The notes beneath the pieces were generated by a model. It was not told where the DNA came from. It made no database searches and was given only the letters and a program-made list of their open reading frames with translations. From Octopus sinensis (lineage: Eukaryota): a stretch of 64,000 nucleotides of DNA. Shown here piece by piece: positions 26,114 through 38,821 of this stretch (its first letter is position 1; every line of letters begins with the position of its first letter). A program made the position numbers and the translations under genes. Location of the stretch: contig NC_043026.1 in the NCBI RefSeq assembly GCF_006345805.1, positions 8,246,001-8,310,000 on the forward strand, in the 5' to 3' direction.

Positions 26114-26200
26114 ACTTCCGACACATGTTTCGAAGATTTCACTATTATTATTCAAAAGAATAAATGGTATAAAACAATGCAATCTTCTCTTCAGGGAAGT
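26114..26200 (-). ncRNA. Type I hammerhead ribozyme motif, intact core
   Basis: Minus strand reads ACUUCC-CUGAAGA-GAAGAUU...AAUCUUC-GAAAC-AUGU-GUC|GGAAGU. Stem I is 6 bp, stem II is 7 bp with a G-C closing pair, stem III is short and self-complementary, and the triplet is GUC. Confidence 0.8.
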
Positions 26201-26475
26201 GAAAAAACGAAACTCATCAATAAGACATTTTAACAGAAAATGATGGATATGTATAGTGATTTACTGAACGCTATGTAAATTTCATTTAATCAAGATATCC
26301 TTGGCCTGAAGAGTAGCCTCCGTTCCTTAACGCTTGTATACACACATACACACACGTATTTACTTTGCTTTCAAATGGGTGAGGGTTGGCGACAGTAAGT
26401 GCCACTAGCCATGGAAGATCTGCCTCAAATATGCACAGCCTGACCCATGCAAGCGCGGAAAAGTGGACATGAATC

Positions 26476-26926
26476 GATGATGATGATGACAATTATGATG
26501 ACGATATGATGATGACGATGCTGATGGTAATGGTGAGAAAGATAATTATAAAGATGATGATGATGGTAATGATGACGATGATGGTGATGATGATGATGAT
26601 GGTGATGATGGTGATGATGGTGATGATGGTGATGATGGTGATGATGATGATGGTGATGATGATGATGGTAATGATGACGATGATGGTGATGACGATGGTG
26701 ATGACGATGGTGATGATGATGGTGATGCTGCTGGTGATCCTAATGATGATGGTGATGATGATGGTGATGATGGTGATGATGATGATGGTGATGATGATGA
26801 TGGTAATGATGACGATGATGGTGATGACGATGGTGATGATGGTGATGATGATGATGATGATGGTAATGATGAGAAAGATAATTATAATGATGATGACAAT
26901 GGTGATCCTAATGATGATGATGATGA
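26476..26926. repeat. (GAT/GGT)n trinucleotide tract adjacent to an exon donor
   Basis: Direct reading; the M/V-rich ORF is an artefact. Confidence 0.95.
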
Positions 26927-26941
26927 GTTCAGGGTCCTTAC

Positions 26942-27041
26942 CTGTTCAGCATAATTTTTATCTGCCCCCAAGGTGACCGTGAAGAATTTCGTGACCACCC
27001 CATGGTACTTCAGCAGGTAGGCAAGATGGATTGTCCAGACA
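26942..27041 (-). CDS. GUCD1: GUCD1 exon: (S)VWTIHLAYLLKYHGVVTKFFTVTLGADKNYAEQ
   Basis: TTTCAG acceptor, GTAAGG donor, 100 nt, phase 2/0. Matches GUCD1 IWTIDLAYL...GV.....T.TLGVD. Confidence 0.92.
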
Positions 27042-27419
27042 CTGAAATAGAAAGAGGCTGGCCTATAGTGAAGTAGTTATTATTGTTGTTGTTGTTGTTG
27101 TAGTACAGCCCCAGGTTAGTGTCCATTCCTGATGTGACCATCACTTTATTTTATTCAGAAATTACATTCTTAAGACAACATTATCTGATGTGTCCTTCCT
27201 TATTACTGTTGCCTAGCTACCAATACCTATTTTTTTATTACCCACAAGGGGTTAAACATAGAAGGGACAAAGACAGACATAGGTATTAAGTCAATTACAT
27301 CGACCCCAGTGCGTAACTGGTACTTAATTTATCGACCCCGAAAGGATGAAAGGCAAAGTCGACCTCGGTGGAATTTGAACTCACAACGTAACGACAGACG
27401 AAATATAGCTACCAATACC

Positions 27420-29985
27420 GGACCTACGAGCCAATGAGGGAGACCTCTACATGGTAGTTAGACCTGGTAGAAAAAACAGTCAAATATCCCTCAAATCACA
27501 CCTTGCTTATGTATGTATAAACCAATGAGGCAGACCTCTGTATGGTAACTAGACTGGGAGAAACAGCAGCCAAATCTCACTCAAATCAAGCCCTACTGTC
27601 TTATGCCTACTTGTATGAGCGAATCAGTGGGACCTCTACATGGTAGCTAACTTGGTAGAAATCACAGCCAGATCATAACCTACAATCTTATGTATGAGCC
27701 AATGATGGAGACCTCTACATGGTAGCTAAATCTGGCAGAAATAACAGCCAAATCTCCCTCAAATTACATCCTATTATCTTGTGTATGAGCCACTGAGGCA
27801 GACCACTGCATGGTAGCTAACTTGGTAGAAATAACAACCAAATCTCCCTCAAATCACAACCTACTGTTTTATTAGGAATGAGCCAATGAGGGAGATCTCT
27901 ACATGATAACTAGACCTGGTAGAAATAGCAACCAAATCTCCCTCACATCACATCTTAGTGTCTTAATGTCTATAAGTGAGCCAATCAGGGAGACCTCTAG
28001 ATGGTAGAAATCACAGCCAAATCTCTCTCAAATTTCTACTACCGTATGTATGAGCCAATGATGGAAACCTCTACATCGTAGCTAGATCTGGTAGAAATAG
28101 CAGCCAAATCTCTCTCAAATTTCTACTACCGTATGTATGAGCCAATGATGGAAACCTCTACATCGTAGCTAGATCTGGTAGAAATCACAGCCAAATCTCT
28201 CTCAAATTTCTACTACCGTATGTATGAGCCAATGATGGAAACCCCTACATTGTAGCTAGATCTGGTAGAAATAACAGCCAAATCTCCCTCAAATTACATC
28301 CTATTATCTTGTGTATGAGCCACTGAGGCAGACCACTGCATGGTAGCTAACTTGGTAGAAATAACAACCAAATCTCCCTCAAATTACATCCTATTATCTT
28401 GTGTATGAGCCACTGAGGCAGACCTCTGCATGGTAGCTAACTTGTAGAAATAACAACCAAATCTCCCTCAAATTACATCCTATTATCTTGTGTATGAGCC
28501 ACTGAGGCAGACCTCTGCATGGTAGCTAACTTGGTAGAAATCACAGCCAAATCTCTCTCAAATTTCTACTACCGTATGTATGAGCCAATGATGGAAACCT
28601 CTACATTGTAGCTAGATCTGGTAGAAATAGCAGCCAAATCTCTCTCAAATTTCTACTACCGTATGTATGAGCCAATGATGGAAACCTCTACATCGTAGCT
28701 AGATCTGGTAGAAATCACAGCCAAATCTCTCTCAAATTTCTACTACCGTATGTATGAGCCAATGATGGAAACCTCTACATTGTAGCTAGATCTGGTAGAA
28801 ATAGCAGCCAAATCTCTCTCAAATTTCTACTACCGTATGTATGAGCCAATGATGGAAACCTCTACATTGTAGCTAGATCTGGTAGAAATAGCAGCCAAAT
28901 CTCTCTCAAATTTCTACTACCGTATGTATGAGCCAATGATGGAAACCTCTACATTGTAGCTAGATCTGGTAGAAATAGCAGCCAAATCTCTCTCAAATTT
29001 CTACTACCGTATGTATGAGCCAATGATGGAAACCTCTACATCGTAGCTAGATCTGGTAGAAATAGCAGCCAAATCTCTCTCAAATTTCTACTACCGTATG
29101 TATGAGCCAATGATGGAAACCTCTACATCGTAGCTAGATCTGGTAGAAATCACAGCCAAATCTCTCTCAAATTTCTACTACCGTATGTATGAGCCAATGA
29201 TGGAAACCCCTACATTGTAGCTAGATCTGGTAGAAATAGCAGCCAAATCTCTCTCAAATTTCTACTACCGTATGTATGAGCCAATGATGGAAACCTCTAC
29301 ATCGTAGCTAGATCTGGTAGAAATAGCAGCCAAATCTCTCTCAAATTTCTACTACCGTATGTATGAGCCAATGATGGAAACCTCTACATCGTAGCTAGAT
29401 CTGGTAGAAATAACAGCCAAATCTTCCTCAAATCACAACCTACTGTTTTATGTATGCATGTGTCAATGAGCAAGACCTCTCTATGATAGCTAGCCTTGTT
29501 AGAAATAGAAGCCAAATATCCCTTAAATCACAACCTATGTATATATGCATTAGTCAACAAAGAAGACCCCTACATAGTAACTAGACTTGTTAGAAATACC
29601 AGTCAAATGTCTCATGTCTATATGCATGAGCCAATGAAGCAGACCACTATATGGTAGCTAACTTGGTAGAAACAACAGCCAAAGCTCCCTATACACTGCA
29701 AGTATATGTATTTATGTATGAGCCAATGAGGGACATATCTACATGGTAACTAGAATTGCTAGAAATAGGAGGCAAATCTCCTGCAAATCACATATTACAG
29801 TCTTATGTAAGTATGAATCAATGGGGAAGACCTCTACATGGTAACTAGACCTGGTAGAAATAGCAGGCAAAGCTCCCAAATCACACCCTTACTGTCTTAT
29901 GTATGAGCCAATGAGGGAGGCCTTTACATGATAGCTAGACCTGTTAGAAATGGCAGCCAAATCTCCCTCAAATGGGATGGTGATT
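27420..29985. repeat. 87-bp tandem array (~29 units), homogeneous core with diverged flanks
   Basis: Period of 87 measured at 28621 and 28708; core 28000-29420 is near identical. Confidence 0.95.
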
Positions 29986-30136
29986 GTTGGAACAACGTAT
30001 ATCATAAGTCAGATCAATCAGAGTTAAATGGAATGTTAAATAACTCACTGGGGTCCTATAAAATATAACGTTCTGTGGTTTACCAAATGAAGGCCTGGCC
30101 CTTTCCCAAGCTGAAGGCTGTGGAACTGTCACTCAC

Positions 30137-30202
30137 CTCTGTCCACATTGTAGCTGTTCTAGGTCCGTATTGTAGATGGTGCTGTCGTCTTTGCCCAGGT
30201 AC
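30137..30202 (-). CDS. GUCD1: GUCD1 exon: (R)YLGKDDSTIYNTDLEQLQCGQ(S)
   Basis: TGCAG acceptor, GTGAGT donor, 66 nt, phase 2/2. Matches RYLG..DD.....L..LQ. Confidence 0.9.
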
Positions 30203-30279
30203 CTGCACAAAGAGAATTAGAAAGTTGTTAGTAGGCTTATATCTGATGATGGTGGAGGGGATGATGTGGGTGGTGGCAA

Positions 30280-31400
30280 CGATGGGAGTGGTTGAGATGA
30301 CGGGAGTGGTTGAGATGGTGGGAGTGGTTGAGACGGTGGGAGTGGTTGAGATGATAGGAGTGGTTGAGATGACGGGAGTGGTTGAGATGGTGGGAGTGGT
30401 TGAGATGGCGGGAGTGGTTGAGATGGCGGGAGTGGTTGAGATGATGGGAGTGGTTGAGTTGGTGGGAGTGGTTGAGATGGTGGGAGTGGTTGAGATGGTG
30501 GGAGTAGTTGAGATGATGGGAGTGGTTGAGATGTTGAGGAAGGTTGAGATGATGGGAGTGGTTGAGATGGTGGGAGTGGTTGAGATGATGGGAGTGGTTG
30601 AGATGGTGGGAGTGGTTGAGATGATGGGAGTGGTTGAGATGTTGAAATGATGAGATGATAGGAGTGGTTGAGATGATGGGAGTGGTTGAGATGATAGGAG
30701 TGGTTGAGATGATGGGAGTGGTTGAGATGATGGGAGTGGTTGAGATGTTGAAATGATGAGATGATGGGAATGGCTGAGATGATGGGAGTGGTTGAGATGA
30801 TGGGAGCGGTTGAGATGGTGGGAGCGGTTGAGATGGTGGGAGTGGTTGAGATGGTGGGAGTGGTTGAGATGATGGGAGTGGTTGAGATGATGGGAGTGGT
30901 TGAGATGATGGGAGTGGTTGAGATGTTGAAATGATGAGATGATGGGAGTGGTTGAGATGATGGGAGTGGTTGAGATGATGGGAGTGGTTGAGATGATGGG
31001 AGTGGTTGAGATGATGGGAGTGGTTGAGATGATGGGAGCGGTTGAGATGGTGGGATTGGTTGAGATGTTGAAATGATGAGATGATGGGAATGGCTGAGAT
31101 GATGGGAGTGGTTGAGATGATGGGAGCGGTTGAGATGGTGGGAGTGGTTGAGATGGTGGGAGTGGTTGAGATGATGGGAGTGGTTGAGATGATGGGAGTG
31201 GTTGAGATGATGGGAGTGGTTGAGATGTTGAAATGATGAGATGATGGGAATGGCTGAGATGATGGGAGTGGTTGAGATGATGGGAGTGGTTGAGATGATG
31301 GGAGTGGTTGAGATGATGGGAGTGGTTGAGATGATGGGAGTGGTTGAGATGATGGGAGTGGTCGAGATGATTGGAGTGGTTGAGATGTTAAGATGATGGG
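30280..31400. repeat. 18-bp G-rich minisatellite (gggagtggttgagatgat)n with higher-order variants
   Basis: Direct reading; the (MVGVVE)n ORF is an artefact. Confidence 0.95.
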
Positions 31401-32364
31401 AGGGTGATGGTTTCAGAGGTTGAGATCATGGTAATGGGCAGTAGTGATATTGGTGGAGGTCATAATCCAACATCCGTTTTGCATGCGGGCATGGGTTAAA
31501 CACTTTGACCAGGGTCGGTCGGTCAGAGAGGGCAGCACCAGGCTCCAGTCGCCTGTTGTCGTTTGGTCTCAACAGTCGGATGCCTTTCCCAATGCCAACC
31601 ACCTCCCAATGGAGTGGACTGGGTGCCTTTTATGTGCCACCAGCAGTGGCCACATGCCACTGGCACTGGCCAGCTGCCTGGTTGAGTGGTTAGGGGATTT
31701 ACCTCACAATCATAAAGTCGTGAGTTCAATTCCCAGTGGCACATTGTGTTCTTCAACAAGGTACTTTACTCTTTGCTCCAGTCCATTCATCTGGCAAAAG
31801 CAAGGAGTGCTTGGATTTCAAAGGGGCCAGCCTTGTCACATTCTGTGGTACACTGAATCACCCTGAGAACTACATTAAGGGTATGCATGTCTGTGGAGTA
31901 CCCAGCCACTTTCACTTCAGGTTCACGAGTAGGCTCTTCCTTAGATCGGATCCACTGGAACACTCATTGTTGTAATCAAGGGAGTACCAGGTGTGGCTGG
32001 GTGGTAAGATGCTTGCTTCCCAACCACATGGTTCCGGGTTCAGTTCTTCTGCATGGAACTTGGGCAAGTATCTTCTCTTATAACCTTAGGCCAACCAAAG
32101 CCTTGTGAGTGAATTTGGTACACAGAAACTGAAAGAAGACTGGCAAATATTTATATATATGTTTGTGTCCTTGTAACTCAGTGGTTCAGCAAAAGAGACC
32201 AATAGAATAATTACTAGGCTTACAAAGAATAAGTCGGTTGTCAAGCAATGCTAGGGGAACAAACACAGACACACAAACACATACACACACACACATATAT
32301 ATATATACATATATACAACAGGCTTCTTTCAGTTTCCGTCTACCAAATATACTGGATATAGTTT

Positions 32365-33138
32365 AAGCCTTTAACATTTACACTGGCTCTGTCTGGCCCA
32401 TACTTGAAATCTTCAAAGCCACAGTCGAACCAATTCTACTATATGGCTCAGAAACCTGGACGTTATCAAAGAAGCTTGAGAGGCGGTTGGATGGAACCTA
32501 CACTCGCCTAGTTATGAGAGCTCAAAATCTCTCGTGGAAGCATCATCCAACCAAAATGCAAATATATGGGAAACTACCACCTGTGTCATCTCTTGTGAAA
32601 GGTAGGAGAGTCCAGTTTGCTGGACATTGTTGTAGAGCTGAAAAAGAGGTAATTTCTACTCTTCTCCTATGGAAAACATCTGCTCGTGATACCAGAGGGT
32701 GCACACTCTCCTACCCTGATGTAATCTCCAGGGATACAGGCATCCAGCAACAGGACCTCTGTAATGCTATAGTGGACCGTGATGTCTGGTGTAACATGGT
32801 AAATTCCATTGTCTCGACCACGGTCGAACAATGATGATGATATATATATATATATATATATACATACATACATACATATCTCCTGTGAAAGGTAGAAGAG
32901 TCCAGTTTGCTGGACATTGTTGTAGAGCTGAAAACAAGGTAATTTCTGCTCTTCTCCTCTGGAAGCCATCTACTCCCGATACCAGAGGGCGCACACTCTC
33001 CTACCCTGATGTAATCTCCAGGGATACAGGCATCCAGCAACAGGACCTCTGTAATGCCATGATGGACCGTGAAGTCTGGCGTAGCATGGTAAATTCCATT
33101 GTCTCGATCACGGTCGAACAATGATGATGATGATATAT

Positions 33139-33185
<47 letters not shown>

Positions 33186-33455
33186 CATACATACATATCA
33201 TCTCTTGTGAAAGGTAGCAGAGTCCAGTTTGCTGGACATTGTTGTAGAGCTGAAAACAAGGTAATTTCTGCTCTTCTCCTCTGGAAGCCATCTACTCCTG
33301 ATACCAGAGGGCGCACACTCTCCTACCCTGATGTAATCTCCAGGGATACAGGCATCCAGCAACAGGACCTCTGTAATGCCATGATGGACCGTGAAGTCTG
33401 GCGTAGCATGGTAAATTCCATTGTCTCGACCACGGTCGAACAATGATGATGATGT

Positions 33456-33495
<40 letters not shown>

Positions 33496-33650
33496 TATAT
33501 ACATACATACATATCATCTCTTGTGAAAGGTAGGAGAGTCTAGTTTGCTGGACATTGTTGTAGAGCTGAAAACAAGGTAATTTCTACTCTTCTCCTCTGG
33601 AAGCCATCTGCTCGCAATACCAGAGGGCGAACAATGATGTTGATGATGAT
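32365..33650 (+). mobile_element. RTE LINE 3' end, tandemly repeated about 4 times with (TGA)n(TA)n tails
   Basis: ILLYGSETWT...RRVQFAGHC.R...W....V motifs; each copy is followed by a microsatellite. Confidence 0.85.
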
Positions 33651-33802
33651 ACACAGCTGTTCTTCACTTTCAACAAAGTCATTATTCACTTGAGTCATTA
33701 GTCACCCTGAAGGATGACTAGATGGTCCTTGTCGCTCCAACGGACGGATGGACACATGTGGCAACAACAACAATTATAGCAACCGCTGCTACTACTACTT
33801 AC

Positions 33803-33887
33803 CGAAGTACCATAGAACAACAGGCGAGTCCACAGTCCCAGCTGTACTTCTGTGATTGGAATGGTATTGGGATGGAAAGCGAGGCAG
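33803..33887 (-). CDS. GUCD1: GUCD1 exon: (A)ASLSIPIPFQSQKYSWDCGLACCSMVL(R)
   Basis: TTGCAG acceptor, GTAAGT donor, 85 nt, phase 1/2. Contains the signature Q.Y.WDCGLAC..MVLR. Confidence 0.94.
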
Positions 33888-35137
33888 CTGCAATAGAAAA
33901 CAGTATCATCATCATCATCATTACCACCATCGTAACGGTCACTCTTTACTCTCTTTTACTTGTTTCAGTCATTTGACTGCGGCCATGCTGGAGCACCGCC
34001 TTTAATCGAGCAACTCGACCCCCGGGACTTATTCTTTTTGTAAGCCCAGCACTTATTCTATCGGTCTCTTTTGCCGAACTGTTAAGTGACAGGGACATAA
34101 ACACACCAGCATCGGTTGTCAAGCAATGCTAGGGGGACAAACACAGACACACACAAGCATATGTATATATATATATATATATATATACATATATACGACA
34201 GGCTTCTTTCAGTTTCTGTCTACCAAATCCACTCACAAGGCATTGGTCGGCCCGGGGCTATACTAGAAGACACTTGCCCAAGTTGCCACGCAGTGGGACT
34301 GAACCCGGAACCATGTGGTTGGTTAGCAAGCTACTTACCACACAGCCACTCCTACGCCTAAGATGGTTAATAATTTTCTGGGTGTCTGCCAAGTCAGCCG
34401 CCAGACGTCGGAGTTTCAATGTGTCCATGCCCAGGGAAGTAAGGCATTCAGAATATGGCAAAAGCCTGATGGAGGGTATTCTGAGAGGGGGTCCTTTTGT
34501 TGCCAACAGCTTTCTGAGTTTTCTCCATCCTATAAGCTTATTCTAGCTACAATACTTTCAGAACATCCTTAACTACTGCTACTGTGTGTGTGTGTGTGTG
34601 TGTGTGCACGCCTTCGTATGTCATACACAGCAAGTGATAGAAACCGGTGTTGGTTTGTTTACAGCCCATAGTGGTTCGGTAAAAGAGGTTGATGAAATAA
34701 CTATGACGATGGAGGGTGGGAGAAAGGGAGGGACAAAAAAAACAAAAACCTCGGAGTGGCTGTGTGGTAAGTAGCTTGCTAACCAACCACATGGTTCCGG
34801 GTTCAGTCCCACTGCGTGGCATCTTGGGCAAGTGTCTTCTGCTATAGCCCCGGGCCGACCAATGCCTTGTGAGTGGATTTGGTAGACAGAAACTGAAAGA
34901 AGCCTGTCGTATGTATGTATGTATATGTACGTATGTGTATGTGTTTGTGTGTCTGTGTTTGTCCCCCATAGCATTGCTTGACAACCGATGCTGGTGTGTT
35001 TACGTCCCCGTCACTTAGCTGTTCGGCAAAAGAGAACGATAGGGCTTACAAAAAAGAATAAGTCCCGGGGTCGATTTGCTCGACTAAAGGCGGTGCTCCA
35101 GCATGGCCGCAGTCAAATGACTGAAACATGTAAAAGA

Positions 35138-35187
<50 letters not shown>

Positions 35188-36594
35188 AAGTACTGGTGCT
35201 CAATTAAAATCGTACAATGAAATTCTGTGAGGCATTGAATATGGACGGAGACCAAAGTGAAACAGGATGTTACCTGACTTTTGGCGCCAACTACAATTTT
35301 TTTTACTTATTTCTTTAATATTCATAATTAAAAGAACTGTCTCGAATTAATGAAACGGCGAAAATAAATACATAAGTCCCGGGGTCGAGTTGCTCAATTA
35401 AAGGCGGTGCTCCAGCAAGGCCGCAGCCAAATGACTGAAACAAGTAAAAGAGTAAATGAAAACCTTTACCTTGTTATATAACGGTTATACCATGGTTTCC
35501 GAAATTTGCTATAAAATTGTGGCATTTGGCCGCGTTGGCTGCTATTTCTAGCATGTAAAAATTACCTGTTAAAGGGTAATTTTCTACTTTGAAACATGAA
35601 TATGTTATCTATTGACTTTTTATACATGCTAGGCCCACGGTGGTGATATTTATAACGAGTATTCGCTACCCTATATATATATAATGTTTTGTTTGTTTCA
35701 GCCACTGGACTGTGGCCATGCTACGGCACCGCCTTGACGGGTTTTACTCAAGCGAAGTGACCCCAGGACTTACTTAAAAATTAAAAAAATTAAAAAACTG
35801 GTTGCTATTCCATCGGACTTTTACGCCGAACAGCTACATTACGGAGACATAAACAACCCCAAAGATATACACAGGGACGATATGTTTCTTCCAATTTCCC
35901 CTCTACGAAATCCACTCACAAGGATTTGATAGCCTATGGTTATAGAAAAAGACACACGCCCAGGGCGCCATGCAGTGGGACTGAACCCAGAACTTAGTGG
36001 TTGGAGTGTGTGTGTGTGTGTGTAGTACCACTTTAAGGGATAGGAAGGTTATGCAGTTATCGAAGGCCCTGTTTATTTAAGGGGCACCTAGTGCTAATCT
36101 ATATATGCAAAAAAATAAAAACCCAAAAAAACACCTGGTATATTTTAAATGACTATTGTAGCGAAGTCAGGTAAATGGTTTGCACCAATATATATTATGG
36201 GTTTATGGGTTTCCTGTTACAAGGCTTATCAAGAACGGGGAATGTGGAAGGGCTTTCGTCGCACCCTGTACACACATACAAGCATGTGTGTGTGTGTGTG
36301 TGTAAATCGAGTCCTTAATTCAGGTAAAAATGCACTCTGTCGACAGAGTGGGTACACATTCATCGAAATGTATAGAATACTGAACACTTCGGATAATATA
36401 TATATATATATATACACACAAATTGAGATAGGGGTTGTAAATGCAACCCTCCATGGGATAACATATATCCAATATACTGCCAGTAAAGCAGCCAACAAAG
36501 TTAATACATAAATGTTAAGGATTGCGATGCAATCAATTCATTTACTGTATTACATGGGCAAAGGTAAAATGATTTACCACAAATTACTATCTTG

Positions 36595-36626
<32 letters not shown>

Positions 36627-37047
36627 TTAGGGAGTAAATCCAAACTTACAGGGAAAAATTAGATTTAGGATTGAATCTAATTTTACAGTATAAATATATA
36701 TATATTTATATATTAAATTAGAGATAAAACCACTATTAGGCAAATCAAACAGTGAAAATCATAAACCAATACATAGAAATAAAATTAATTAATATAATAT
36801 ACAATATATCTATCTATCTATCTATCTATCTATATATATATATATATCTATATAAACAAAAGGGTAATAATATAGATTACTACCAGTAGCTCAGCACAAA
36901 AGACCAATTAGTCATTAGGACTTATTCTTTTGTAAGCCCAGTACTTATTCTATCGGTGTCTTTTTGCCGAACCGCTAGGTAACGGGGACATAAACACACC
37001 AGCATCGGTTGTCAAGCGATGCTAGGGGGACAAACACAGACACACAA

Positions 37048-37128
<81 letters not shown>

Positions 37129-37423
37129 ATATATATAATATATATTATATATATACGACAGGCTTCTTTCAGTTTCCGTCTACCAAATCCACTCACAAGG
37201 CGTTGGTCGGCCCGGGGCAATAGTAGAGACACTCGCCCAAGTGCCACGCAGTGGGACTGAACCCGGAACCATGTGGTTGGTAAGTCATATATCTATATAT
37301 ATAGATATAGATAGATAGATATACACACCACAGTGTAGATCCATTCTGGTCCATTTTACCAAAGAGTCCTGCACACGAGTTAGAAGTTACCAACACACAA
37401 GCATAGATATATATACAGGAACT

Positions 37424-37483
<60 letters not shown>

Positions 37484-37829
37484 CATACATACATAGAGGC
37501 ACTAATCGTAAAAGTAGTACGAGACATCGAAATACGAAGAGACAGACAGACACACACACAGAATTATATATTCTAGGATATATATAGTAGCAGACATTTT
37601 ACGATTTGACGGGCGTCACTTCAGATTTCAACTCATCTAATTCTAAGTAATGTTTTCCCCCGACACACACAATGAGTGATCAATGTGTGTGAGCATATAT
37701 ATATATACTGTAGTTAACCCCGACTCAACCCGGGACCTACATATATATATATATATATATATATTGATAAAACGGTAAGATAACAAAAGAAAGAAAGAGA
37801 CCTCAATATTATGTAAATAGAGGAAATTT

Positions 37830-38042
37830 ATCTATACAATATGTTACATTACTCGGTAGTCAAGATAAAACTCTGAGTTTCAGATGCCGAAGTGGAAATC
37901 CACAACACCATCTCTTCGGTTATCTGGCTATTAGCCAGAAATAGCCAGATAACTGAAGAGATGGTGTTGTGGATTTCCACTTCGGCATCTGAAACTCAGA
38001 GTTTTATCTTGACTACCGAGTAATGTAACATATTGTATAGAT
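37830..38042. repeat. Near-perfect palindrome, ~103-bp arms, 7-nt loop
   Basis: Arms differ at one position (hammerhead core U4). Confidence 0.9.
37947..38009 (+). ncRNA. Type I hammerhead motif (right arm of palindrome; mirror copy on minus at 37863-37925 has CCGAAGA)
   Basis: AGAUAA-CUGAAGA-GAUG...CAUCU-GAAAC-UCAGA-GUU|UUAUCU, with a 6-bp stem I. Confidence 0.65.
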
Positions 38043-38287
38043 ATATATATATATAGGTACCTGTGTGAAAAAATCTGGGAGATTTTTCTTATAGTAGAAG
38101 AAATAGTTAAGATTTTTTGGCTGCTATTTCTAAAAAGTTCGGTGTGTGGTAAAGTAAATTATTTTACTGAACCCTAATTATATAACGTAATGTTTTAAAT
38201 ATACCGTAAATGGTCTTTTTACATACTGAACACTACTTGGTAAAATTAATTAATTAATAATTAATTAATCTTACCCTTTTATTATTG

Positions 38288-38318
<31 letters not shown>

Positions 38319-38510
38319 TAAGGGTAGAAATTGATTTGAGAACATAATCTTTGTGGAGAATGGCGATTTGACGTCTATATCTAGCATGTTGACTGTCCAC
38401 TTTTCGTGTTCAGTCCTTAATTGGTATATATATATAGGTACAATAAATTCAGGGTGAATACTTGATAAATGTAAAGCACCTGTATATGCGAGCTAGTAGC
38501 ATAGGTGATA

Positions 38511-38592
<82 letters not shown>

Positions 38593-38785
38593 AGATGTGT
38601 GTGTAGTTTATGTGTATATATCTATATATCTTTTACTGGAGTCAATTATCGAACTGTGATAATTGGAATACTTGCTTGCTAAGGCCTTGCGATCTATTTC
38701 AGTGATCGATTCTACGTTACGTATATCGATCCACCGATCAATTTGATTCCCTCTCTCTCGTCTAAATACTATATTATATTTCTCA

Positions 38786-38821
<36 letters not shown>

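Noticed and set aside
27420-29985. Regular arrays (also 22072-22915 and 57090-57700) as CRISPR-like loci
   Set aside because: No unique spacers, no cas genes, eukaryotic context; the variable parts are TA runs or point variants.
30075-30650. (MVGVVE)n ORF and the Met-rich ORF at 26506-26976
   Set aside because: These are minisatellite and trinucleotide translations antisense to GUCD1 introns.
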